From IMG/VR virus record IMGVR_UViG_3300028833_000009: a stretch of DNA of 64,000 nt; one strand, written 5' to 3'. This DNA is from an uncultured virus (IMG/VR IMGVR_UViG_3300028833_000009). Lineage: Duplodnaviria > Heunggongvirae > Uroviricota > Caudoviricetes. Made by a program: the position numbers and the translations under genes. The stretch's first letter is position 1. Each line of letters begins with the position of its first letter. Below, one piece after another: positions 50,588-58,568 of the stretch. The notes beneath the pieces were generated by a model that saw only the letters and a list, made by a program, of their open reading frames with translations, did no database searches and was not told the DNA's origin.

Positions 50588-51082
50588 TTACAGGCCTTGC
50601 TTCAGTTGCGATTCGTATTTTTTCAAGCGCCACCTTGCAGAATATACATCGAAGCCCATCTGCATTAACTGGACAATCTTTTTTGCCATCAGTTCCACTT
50701 CCATTGCTGTGTGGAAATCGTATTCTGCACGCATGATTGCAGGATATCCAACCATGAACTCCCATTTGCGTCCGGGATTGTATTTAATCCACCGCAAATA
50801 TTCGCCATGATTCTTAATTTGAATTTCCAAAATACAGCTGCCGTAAAGTGTATCCTGTTCATTCTCTTTTGGCTGATAATATGTATGTTCTTCCTGGGAT
50901 TCATCAGACGCTTCGGTTTCATCTTCATCGGTTTCCTGTTTCTTGAATTTTCCCATTGCTTCAAAAATATCCTTACCAAAGTCTGGATCACCAAATACGC
51001 CTATGTTTTTGCCAACGTTAAGAAGTTCATCAAAAATATTCATGCAGAATCTCCTTTCAAACAAATAAGGAGCCGTTTGCAC
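50588..51082 (-). CDS. Hypothetical protein (start probably MNIFD)
   Basis: AAGGAG RBS before 51043. Confidence 0.55.
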   Translation of the reverse strand: MQTAPYLFERRFCMNIFDELLNVGKNIGVFGDPDFGKDIFEAMGKFKKQETDEDETEASDESQEEHTYYQPKENEQDTLYGSCILEIQIKNHGEYLRWIKYNPGRKWEFMVGYPAIMRAEYDFHTAMEVELMAKKIVQLMQMGFDVYSARWRLKKYESQLKQGL

Positions 51083-51106
51083 GACTCCTCCTAATTATCC
51101 ATTTAT

Positions 51107-51364
51107 TTAGATAATCCAGTTCTTTGGCTGACTCATGTCCAGCCTCATTTTTTCATTCCTATTTTCATTCATCTCTGCGTGCTTCCACGCATTATACTTT
51201 TCCTGCTTAGGAATTTCTGAAATTGCCTTGGTCAGGGCTTCCGCGGTTTCCTTCTGCGATTTGCGATATTCTTCAAAAATTTTCTGAATAATCGCAAATG
51301 CCGTAACCATCACGGTAATACCAATCACAAGGGTCAGAATTACATTTCCAAGAACTTCCATCAT
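51107..51364 (-). CDS. Small membrane protein (cassette ORF)
   Basis: TM segment; flanked by promoter motif and hairpin. Confidence 0.65.
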   Translation of the reverse strand: MMEVLGNVILTLVIGITVMVTAFAIIQKIFEEYRKSQKETAEALTKAISEIPKQEKYNAWKHAEMNENRNEKMRLDMSQPKNWII

Positions 51365-51475
51365 TTCTTGTTCCTCCTGTTTTTTTATAATGAGAGTCTT
51401 TCAACTCCATATAAGACGTTGAAATATTTGCGATTTCAAAAATAGAGAGCCTTGTTAAGACTCTCTTTAAGGGTT

Positions 51476-51784
51476 TTAAAACATCAATAATTCTCTCGAA
51501 TAATAATATCTCTTATCTTCCTTAAAGTTATTTTCTGTCGCAAAGCATATACAATTACAATAGGTATTGCCATCTGCATCATCCACATTATTTGTATAAC
51601 CAGGATCGCCCATTACCATGTTAGGAAATCTTTCACAGTAATTCTTTAATACTGTGCAAACTTCCGACATTGTATTACAATCTTGTTTTACAACATTAAT
51701 ATATCCTACGTCTTCCCAATCCTCTTCATTTTTAGGGTACTTATACTCTGCATAAAAAACCGCATACTTTTTATTCTCTGACAT
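51476..51784 (-). CDS. Cassette ORF, paralog of 52704-53015
   Basis: Shared KKYxVxY...DCxxxSEVxxVLKxY...P.M...DxxGNxY. Confidence 0.7.
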   Translation of the reverse strand: MSENKKYAVFYAEYKYPKNEEDWEDVGYINVVKQDCNTMSEVCTVLKNYCERFPNMVMGDPGYTNNVDDADGNTYCNCICFATENNFKEDKRYYYSRELLMF

Positions 51785-51834
51785 TTTGATGTCACCTCCT
51801 CACCAATATCCTTGATCCATTTGCGAAAAATAAA

Positions 51835-51900
51835 AGGCCTTGCGGGCTTCGAACCCGCGTCTCCGTTCACACGGTGTCCTACCATTGAACGATTCTGTCA
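51835..51900 (-). ncRNA. tRNA-like element (degenerate, GTG in anticodon-like loop) within an ORF-less cassette
   Basis: D-arm-like TCGTTCAATGGTAGGAC, short CCG-TGTGAA-CGG arm, T-arm GCGGGTTCGAAGCCCGC; no canonical adjacent acceptor stem. Confidence 0.5.
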
Positions 51901-52058
51901 GCTAGTAAAACCGGAACAGTTCCTTTCATCCAGAATTACTTCCAATAAATATCCCTGATCTTTACGCCTCATCAACGTCCGGCCCTCTGACGGGTTTATA
52001 CACTCCCAAGCCTTCTAATATAGGACGTGTCTATGTTGCGAAAAAAGAAAGGAGCCGA

Positions 52059-52322
52059 TTATTTAATCGACTCCCAATCAGTCCAGTAACAACCTACCCC
52101 GTATCCACGGTGACAGATCTCACGAGACGCGAGATTAATCGCCCACTCGCACTCAGCTCCGTCATCGTATACATTGATAATCACTCGGGCTGCTTCGCCC
52201 TCGATATCAAGTCCGTAACGGACTTTGTCCGTGTGGGGAACACTAATATCCCACTCGCGCATCAAAGCATCTGCCTGCTCAGCAGATAAGTTTATACCGA
52301 ATTTCTCCATCATCTTAATCAT
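52059..52322 (-). CDS. Cassette ORF, hypothetical
   Basis: AAGGAG RBS; promoter motif upstream. Confidence 0.65.
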   Translation of the reverse strand: MIKMMEKFGINLSAEQADALMREWDISVPHTDKVRYGLDIEGEAARVIINVYDDGAECEWAINLASREICHRGYGVGCYWTDWESIK

Positions 52323-52423
52323 TTTCTGTTTCTCCTTTCTTTTTTAGAGGCTTATGCCTCTTCTATTATAGGACGTGTCTATGTTGCGAAAAATAAAAGC
52401 TTAGGGCATTGCGCCCTTTGCTT

Positions 52424-52600
52424 TTAGTCGTTTTCCCACGACCATAATTGACCTCCTTTCAACTCGATATTTGCATTAGTCATCGGATAAATTTTCACCG
52501 AAACCGCATCGTCCATCGTCTGGAGACTGTGCACAAATAGTGCAACAGGTACTCCAAAAAACAGCACAACTGCTATAATAATTCCTATGATTTTCTTCAT
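52424..52600 (-). CDS. Cassette ORF, small secreted/membrane protein (58 aa)
   Basis: Manual translation MKKIIGIIIAVVLFFGVPVALFV...; AGGAGG RBS. Confidence 0.6.
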   Translation of the reverse strand: MKKIIGIIIAVVLFFGVPVALFVHSLQTMDDAVSVKIYPMTNANIELKGGQLWSWEND

Positions 52601-52703
52601 TTTTCCGTTCCTCCTAAAATATTTTTCTTGGTCTCCTACTATAGGCAGTGTCCATGTTGCGATGTAAAAAATAAGGAACCTTGTTCAGGTCCCTTTTATT
52701 AAA

Positions 52704-53015
52704 TCAGTTTATAATAATGCCTAAAGTTTTCCCACGACAATGATTATCCACTTCTGCAAATGTATTTGCAATTGGACAGAAATCATACCTGTTTCCTTCG
52801 ATATCGATTACGCTATCTTCACATGACTCTTGCTCACATTCAAGTTTCATATCAGGGTACTTATCAAAGTATTGTTTCAACACAATAGTAACTTCTGATA
52901 AATTCCCACAGTCCGTTTTTTCAATTTCAGATCTGATAGTTTCTAAATAGGTTAAATTTCCGTCCGTTAAATCTTCCCAATCATGATAAATCACCGTATA
53001 TTTTTTCTTTGACAT
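52704..53015 (-). CDS. Cassette ORF, paralog of 51476-51784
   Basis: See paralog; identical AGGAGGTGACAT leader. Confidence 0.7.
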   Translation of the reverse strand: MSKKKYTVIYHDWEDLTDGNLTYLETIRSEIEKTDCGNLSEVTIVLKQYFDKYPDMKLECEQESCEDSVIDIEGNRYDFCPIANTFAEVDNHCRGKTLGIIIN

Positions 53016-53079
53016 ATTTATGTCACCTCCTATTATAGGCAGTGTCCATGTTGCGATATAGAAATAAAGAGCAACTTGT

Positions 53080-53382
53080 TCAGCTGCTCTTACGAATTTT
53101 ATATAACTCTTTTACGTTTGCATGGATTGTTCCAAATAGCATCACTAACACGATTTCCCACAATACAAATGTTAATATAAATGAGATCGCATACATAATA
53201 CGTTTGTCATTTACCATTGTTGAGTAAATATTGTCCGACTCTCTTCTTAGTCTTTCCATTACTTCATCAACAATATCGTCTCCATACTTTATTGCCTCAA
53301 TTACATAAAACACCACTGTTCCTATAAAATATATAGGTATTCCAATAATCATGTTGATACATATAATCCATCCAAGACTCAT
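53080..53382 (-). CDS. Cassette ORF, two-TM membrane protein
   Basis: Two hydrophobic helices. Confidence 0.65.
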   Translation of the reverse strand: MSLGWIICINMIIGIPIYFIGTVVFYVIEAIKYGDDIVDEVMERLRRESDNIYSTMVNDKRIMYAISFILTFVLWEIVLVMLFGTIHANVKELYKIRKSS

Positions 53383-53465
53383 TGTTCTTCACTCCTTTCG
53401 TCATATCAACCCTTGATCTGATTGCGAAAAAGAAAGGGCCTTGTTCAGACCCTTCTGAATATGTC

Positions 53466-53843
53466 TCATGAACGAGGCTTATTCATGAATTTCGTCGCTG
53501 ACGAATTGATTATATGTCCCTGTTCTTCGCTTCGGATCACATCCGTGACGTTTCGTCTATTCATTACATTTCCTATCATTGTTCCAGCCAGATTACCAGC
53601 AACCTGGACTAATGTTGGCAGTATCCACTGATACTGTGCTTTCTCAGTTGCTTCTGTCTGTGTTTCATTGCGTTCAGATTCCGTAATAATCGACAGCTGT
53701 TCGTTCAGAAATGCATACTGCGATCGGTCCTCCTGTTTGGACGGATCCAAAGCTGCCATACGGCGAATCAGGTCTTTTTTCAAATCGATCGTCGTGACTT
53801 CGTCTTCATTTTCTTCCTCATCATAATTTACATACTCGGCCAT
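53466..53843 (-). CDS. Cassette ORF, conserved phage protein
   Basis: AGNLAG...EEQGHIINSSATKF. Confidence 0.65.
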   Translation of the reverse strand: MAEYVNYDEEENEDEVTTIDLKKDLIRRMAALDPSKQEDRSQYAFLNEQLSIITESERNETQTEATEKAQYQWILPTLVQVAGNLAGTMIGNVMNRRNVTDVIRSEEQGHIINSSATKFMNKPRS

Positions 53844-53959
53844 CTTTTCAAAGTCTCCTTTCTTAATATCGGAAAGACACTGTTTATCTCTCCATTATTA
53901 AACCTTGCTTCGTTTGCGAAAATAAAAAGCCAGGCATTGCTGCCCAGCTATTGGTTTTG

Positions 53960-54181
53960 TTACTTTTGTTCCACGATCATCGTAAACATTCCCATTTTAT
54001 TATACTTCTGTTGCTTTCTAATGCTTTGTAATAGCGTCATTCTTTTTGGAATTGTGACCGTCAATGGATAAACTCCATTTAATTGTCGGTTTACATCTCC
54101 ATAACCTTCTTTTGATGCTATCAGCATCGCATCCTTTTCATTGTCCAACAAAATTACAATTACATACTTTTTTTGAAACAT
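53960..54181 (-). CDS. Cassette ORF, hypothetical
   Basis: AAGGAGG RBS. Confidence 0.6.
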   Translation of the reverse strand: MFQKKYVIVILLDNEKDAMLIASKEGYGDVNRQLNGVYPLTVTIPKRMTLLQSIRKQQKYNKMGMFTMIVEQK

Positions 54182-54247
54182 TTACAATCCTCCTTAAATA
54201 TAGAATTTAGAATACAATCCCACTTAAGGAGTTGGTTTGGTTGCGAA

Positions 54248-54370
54248 TCATGGAATCAGATTCAGGCCAAGGTCTGATCCAAGCACTCCAAGCAGAATAA
54301 ATATCACGATAACAATGATTAACAGATCAAAACCTTCTCTTTCTTTATCTTGCCTGCGCATTTGAATCAT
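54248..54370 (-). CDS. 40-aa single-TM peptide directly after the pentamer array
   Basis: Manual translation MIQMRRQDKEREGFDLLIIVIVIFILLGVLGSDLGLNLIP. Confidence 0.45.
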   Translation of the reverse strand: MIQMRRQDKEREGFDLLIIVIVIFILLGVLGSDLGLNLIP

Positions 54371-54390
54371 ACCTCTTTTCCTGAATATCT

Positions 54391-55112
54391 TTACCCTTAC
54401 ATACCCTTGCTTTACCTCACCTTAACCGTACCATTCACTACGGCACGTTACCCAACCCGACGTCGCGTAACCTTTACCGGACCGGACTGCACTATACGAT
54501 GCATAACCTTTACATCACGCAACTGTATACTACCGTGCCCAACCATCACTTAACCGGCCTGAACAAGACATTACCATTACTTGACAACACACTACTTCAC
54601 CTTACCATTACTTGACAACACGCCACCTCACCTTACCGTTACTCCACTAAACTGAACCTTGCATAACCTTCACATAACTTCACGCAACAATTCCGCACCT
54701 TACCGCTACTCTACGCTACTCAACGAAACCCCACACAACCTTCACTTCACAAAACCTCACTTTACCTTTACTTAACGTTTCATAACCGGACTTAATAATG
54801 CCATACGTTACAACGCCATACCTTGACTTACCTTCACGTAACACTACCTCACCGTTACTCCGCGTTGCGATACCAGACTATACCATCACACAACAGAAAC
54901 ACACCACGACCCTACGTTACATAACCTTGACCTCACATAACCCTACTGTACCATGACGAAACACAACGTATCTGCACTATACCTTCACTTCACATTACGT
55001 TGCTCTGCCTTGACTCAACAGATCTGTACCCGGCTTTACCTTTACAGCACTGGACATGACTGGACTTAACCAAACCATCACATAACCGGACTCATCCGCA
55101 CTTTACCTTCAC
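54391..55112 (-). repeat. Non-coding array of NNN-GT pentamers punctuated by N(A)NGGT hexamers; putative guide RNA array
   Basis: Minus strand reads GAAGGT AAAGT GCGGA TGAGT CCGGT TATGT GATGGT TTGGT TAAGT CCAGT CATGT CCAGT GCTGT AAAGGT... for ~720 nt; no minus-strand ORF of 60 aa or more. Confidence 0.9.
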
Positions 55113-55118
55113 AAAATA

Positions 55119-55736
55119 TCAGCTCTTAGTGCGCTCCAGAATTTCGTAGGTAAAACGTCCTTTTCCGGAATTTCTCCACTGACCGGTACCGTTATAACGA
55201 CCATGATTCAGGCACTCAAGTACCATTTTTTCATGCTCGTCCAGCAGACAAATAATCGTGAAAGTCATCTCTGCGCCTGCAGGAATAGCTTCACTGGTGG
55301 CAAGAGCAATCCGCTCACCCTGGGCAGTAGATGCTCGAAGCGGGCGCTGGCAGAGAGTAATATCGCCATCAAACTCGATCGGAATGGCCCTGGGTTCCAC
55401 AAAAATAAGTCCGTCGATCTCCTTTTTGTAGGACTTAATCTTACTGCAGGCAGTTCCGGGAATTTTCCGAAGCATACCGACCTTGTCCTTCAAAAATCCC
55501 TTCCACTGATAGTCCCACATAATTGGCTGATAGTTTACTCTCGGAAATACAGTAATGGACTTTTCGAATTTGTCTTCAAGATCGATGGCAGATTCCTCTA
55601 CAGCTGCAGTTTCTTCCTTTGCTTTCGCCTCATCTCCGGATTTTGTGGAAATATAGGTCGCATGAATGTTCGGATCAGCATTGGAAGTGCCAAGAAGTTC
55701 TTCAGTAGTGGTAACCTTAACTTTCAATGTAATCAT
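55119..55736 (-). CDS. Stand-alone RAMP/Cas7-like RNA-binding protein
   Basis: LKVKVTTTEELLG first strand, PIMWDYQWKGFLKD, EAIPAGAEMTFTI, C-terminal Gly-rich loop GTGQWRNSGKGRF. Confidence 0.75.
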   Translation of the reverse strand: MITLKVKVTTTEELLGTSNADPNIHATYISTKSGDEAKAKEETAAVEESAIDLEDKFEKSITVFPRVNYQPIMWDYQWKGFLKDKVGMLRKIPGTACSKIKSYKKEIDGLIFVEPRAIPIEFDGDITLCQRPLRASTAQGERIALATSEAIPAGAEMTFTIICLLDEHEKMVLECLNHGRYNGTGQWRNSGKGRFTYEILERTKS

Positions 55737-55765
55737 CGTGTTAATCTCCTTTTTAAAAATATTGT

Positions 55766-55972
55766 TTAGTCTTTTGTAGCAATATAGTGTTTTAGTGTGT
55801 CACGTGAATCATAAGCTTCATCAGACCACCAGTTCGTTTTGTCTTTAATAATTTGCTGTAGTTTATATCCTTGCTGCTCAATTTCCCGAAGTTTCTTCGA
55901 GATAACAAAGTCCGGAATACAAAAATCAATCAGATTTTTCCCAGTGTCCTTAAACTCGACAAGCAGCGTCAC
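55766..55972 (-). CDS. Hypothetical 68-aa protein in the RAMP operon
   Basis: GTG start overlapping the upstream stop; GGAGGT RBS. Confidence 0.6.
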   Translation of the reverse strand: MTLLVEFKDTGKNLIDFCIPDFVISKKLREIEQQGYKLQQIIKDKTNWWSDEAYDSRDTLKHYIATKD

Positions 55973-56496
55973 TTCTTTTTACCTCCGTCAACCTTTTTAG
56001 CATCCTCAACGTAATACCCATACAAACCCGCAATATCAAAATCAATTCGTGCCTGAATATAGTTTAGTTCAAACCGCTCTGCCTGCTTCAACACACAAAT
56101 ATACTTTGCTGCTCTGATCAGTTCATCATCAGTTGCACCGAATTTCTTGATAATAATCATGAGCGTATAAATACTGCTCATTTCAGTAGAAATCTCAGAA
56201 GGCGTTGGTTTACGCATTAATCCGCCAATTGCATAATCAACCGTTGGATTATAGTTTGCGAGATCTTCTGATTTTTCCATCAGTTCACCGATAATCCGTT
56301 CACCTTCTGAACGCACTCCTCGGTTACGAATATCTTCTGTAGAATCCATGGTAAAAGATTCTTCGATGTTTTTCGAGGAACGGTTCTTATATTTCCGAAT
56401 TCCCCATTCCACAGCTTTTGTAAGTAAAGATCCTGCACCTGCTGAAATTGCCACAAGTCCCACCGTTCCTAATGTAGATCGATTGTTGTTGTCCAA
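55969..56496 (-). CDS. Protein with N-terminal hydrophobic segment and C-terminal copy of an RNAP subdomain
   Basis: Start set at TTG 56496 after AAGGAGG; 21/65 ungapped identities (hand count) to RNAP residues encoded at 28106-28300. Confidence 0.7.
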   Translation of the reverse strand: MDNNNRSTLGTVGLVAISAGAGSLLTKAVEWGIRKYKNRSSKNIEESFTMDSTEDIRNRGVRSEGERIIGELMEKSEDLANYNPTVDYAIGGLMRKPTPSEISTEMSSIYTLMIIIKKFGATDDELIRAAKYICVLKQAERFELNYIQARIDFDIAGLYGYYVEDAKKVDGGKKK

Positions 56497-56531
56497 TGTG
56501 GTCTTTCCTCCTTTAAAAATGATAAAAGAAA

Positions 56532-56649
56532 GGAGAAGCGGACTAATTCGATAACAGTATTTTTGTTTTGGAATTCCGCGCTCATTACGAGTCGCGCTTT
56601 CCACTCTTTCCATAATCGAAGTAACTGTTATCTGCAGTTCCGCTTCTCC
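56532..56649 (-). ncRNA. Structured leader RNA, copy B
   Basis: GGAGAAGCGGA/TCCGCTTCTCC 11-bp closing stem plus U-tract; inner GATAACAGT/ACTGTTATC; starts right after the promoter motif. Confidence 0.7.
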
Positions 56650-56675
56650 ATTATCAGGCTTGTATTTTTTGCGAA

Positions 56676-57059
56676 TTATACGGATTTAGAATTGTCTAAA
56701 TAATCATCAAACAGATTCATAAATAACTTTTTTCTTTCTTTTCTGACAGTTTCTGACGGTTCACTAGGATCCATCAATGTAACTTTGTCTATAATTTTTT
56801 CATAGTCTTTTCTGGAAAGTTCACGATCATTCACAGTAACCCAGGTTTCGAACTGTTCAGAACATTCAGGGCAAAGATCAAACTTTGGATACCGTAAAAT
56901 ATAGTCGCAGGTTTCATACTCAGCATTTCCACGTTTTGCGAAAGTAAGATCCTCAATGTGAATATAAGGATCGTCATTCTCAAATGGATCAAAACACTTT
57001 TTGCAACGATCACATTTAATTGCTTTACTCATTAACATCAAGCTCCTTCTGGATAACAT
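56676..57059 (-). CDS. CxxC zinc-binding protein
   Basis: KCDRCKK...DLCPEC. Confidence 0.65.
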   Translation of the reverse strand: MLSRRSLMLMSKAIKCDRCKKCFDPFENDDPYIHIEDLTFAKRGNAEYETCDYILRYPKFDLCPECSEQFETWVTVNDRELSRKDYEKIIDKVTLMDPSEPSETVRKERKKLFMNLFDDYLDNSKSV

Positions 57060-57292
57060 CCATACTTATAGAAATGCATCATGTCATAGAGAAAATCTTT
57101 ATTATGCAGTAGTTTTGTTGGAATATAGAATTGCTTAAAATGTGCCTGTTTCATAGATAATTTTCCAATTCGTTGGTTTCGTTCTGCCAATGCCTGCATG
57201 AGCCATAAAATTTCATCTTCATAAATCACAGGATCTTTTGGAGGAATCATCTCAATCCGCTTGTTCATGCTGTTTTTCTTCTCCTTTTTCAA
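57038..57292 (-). CDS. Hypothetical protein
   Basis: ORF in operon. Confidence 0.5.
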   Translation of the reverse strand: MKKEKKNSMNKRIEMIPPKDPVIYEDEILWLMQALAERNQRIGKLSMKQAHFKQFYIPTKLLHNKDFLYDMMHFYKYGCYPEGA

Positions 57293-57461
57293 GCATTCTG
57301 TAAATATGTTTGCAACGGTTGTAGCCTGTACATCGAATCAGATTTTCGGTATATAAATCTTCTGTACCCGCATGAATTGATAGTTTATTAATTTCCAGAT
57401 TCAATTCCGGGCAGCCTTTACAAATATCCCCCAGGCATTCAACATTCATCTGTATCGTCAT
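57252..57461 (-). CDS. Small Cys-rich protein
   Basis: CKGCP...RC...RC. Confidence 0.55.
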   Translation of the reverse strand: MTIQMNVECLGDICKGCPELNLEINKLSIHAGTEDLYTENLIRCTGYNRCKHIYRMLEKGEEKQHEQAD

Positions 57462-57691
57462 GCAGGCTCCTTTTCTGATGATTCCATGCTGTCAATCATC
57501 CACTGCAAATACACCTGTGCTTTCTTCAGATCCTCCAGGCCATTCTTCATCTTATGTCTGCTGATATATTTCAGTACATTACCCATACAGAATCCCTGAA
57601 AAGCTTCCGGAGTCATTTTGTCGCGAATATAATTGATCACTTCGATGCTTCCGAATGTATAGTGTGAAGGTGAATGAACATTATCAGACAT
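57458..57691 (-). CDS. DUF3310 protein
   Basis: DNVHSPSHY...IEVI...GNVLKYISR...KNGLEDLKKA. Confidence 0.85.
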   Translation of the reverse strand: MSDNVHSPSHYTFGSIEVINYIRDKMTPEAFQGFCMGNVLKYISRHKMKNGLEDLKKAQVYLQWMIDSMESSEKEPA

Positions 57692-57706
57692 TGCTTTGTA
57701 TCCTCC

Positions 57707-58015
57707 TTAGTTTAAATATGGGCTGACCGCTTTCGGTTCAACCCGTAATGTTCCAAAATTACCATCTGCTTTTGCGATACCGAGTAATAAAGATCCTACA
57801 GGGCAACCTTGTTCACGCATCCAGTCAGATCCTTCCTGCACCATGTCTGCCCAAAGCACAGTATCGTCATTGGTTAAATATCCACGCAGAATGGCAAGAT
57901 CCAGCATCTTACGTATCTGACCAATATTGATTCTGGTTTCCTGGATTAAATTTACTTTCTTCTTTTCATCCATTGGCTTTCTTCGCCTTCTTTTTCTTGG
58001 CAGTCTGATCAACAC
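57707..58015 (-). CDS. Hypothetical protein (start probably MDEKK)
   Basis: ORF in operon. Confidence 0.5.
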   Translation of the reverse strand: MLIRLPRKRRRRKPMDEKKKVNLIQETRINIGQIRKMLDLAILRGYLTNDDTVLWADMVQEGSDWMREQGCPVGSLLLGIAKADGNFGTLRVEPKAVSPYLN

Positions 58016-58466
58016 CGGAATTTACAATCTTATTGACTCTGGAATTGTTCTCATACATTTTCTTGGCGAGTGCTGCACAGAAAGCATAATATTTATTGAA
58101 TTTTTCTCCCTTTGCTTTCTTTACAACAGTCTTGGTTCCATCTTTCCAGAAAACAACCGTGGCAGGATTATTATAAATGATACGTTCAGGCGTATAAGCT
58201 GCTGGCTGTGTATATTTATCCACTATTTTTATAGCAGCTTCATACAAATTAGCATTAACTATGGAATCAAGATAATCAGGTCGCGCAACTACTTTCTTAT
58301 ATGGAATGGTGATATTGCCCTGACAATCGCATGAATCTTTATCCCAGCCATATGTCGTTGTAGCAGAAAGACTATTGGAAATATTTGGACCAATGTTTGC
58401 TGAAGCTGCCGTCATTTTGTTTAAAATTTCACTTGTTGCTTTGATACCGAAATCACACTTAGCCAT
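57966..58466 (-). CDS. Conserved phage protein
   Basis: IIYNNPATVVFWKDGTKTVVK...ALAKKMY. Confidence 0.75.
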   Translation of the reverse strand: MAKCDFGIKATSEILNKMTAASANIGPNISNSLSATTTYGWDKDSCDCQGNITIPYKKVVARPDYLDSIVNANLYEAAIKIVDKYTQPAAYTPERIIYNNPATVVFWKDGTKTVVKKAKGEKFNKYYAFCAALAKKMYENNSRVNKIVNSGVDQTAKKKKAKKANG

Positions 58467-58568
58467 TGTGGTTTCTCCTCCTCAAAATATAAAAGTTAGT
58501 AATAAGAAAGGAAGGAGCCGTTTTTCACAGCTCCTCTCCTATATATAGGCTTGTAATTCTTGCGAATT

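Noticed and set aside
54350..54553. 67-aa plus-strand ORF over the array
   Set aside because: Antisense to neighbouring genes, no RBS, and its Thr/Pro/Leu bias simply reflects the AC periodicity
54671..54702. Decoded triplets of one array unit (AAG GCG ATT TGC GAA TAT) contain TTGCGA, the promoter core
   Set aside because: A 6-9 nt match is expected by chance in several hundred decoded bases and the flanks do not match the promoter copies I checked; needs a computed search
54391..55112. Canonical CRISPR array or simple microsatellite
   Set aside because: There are no identical 25-40 nt repeats with spacers, and the variable triplets are too diverse for a slippage microsatellite
56497..56613. 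N-terminal extension of the 214-aa ORF (likewise 30948-31043 and 46140-46292)
   Set aside because: These extensions run through structured leaders or promoters; better RBS-linked starts lie downstream
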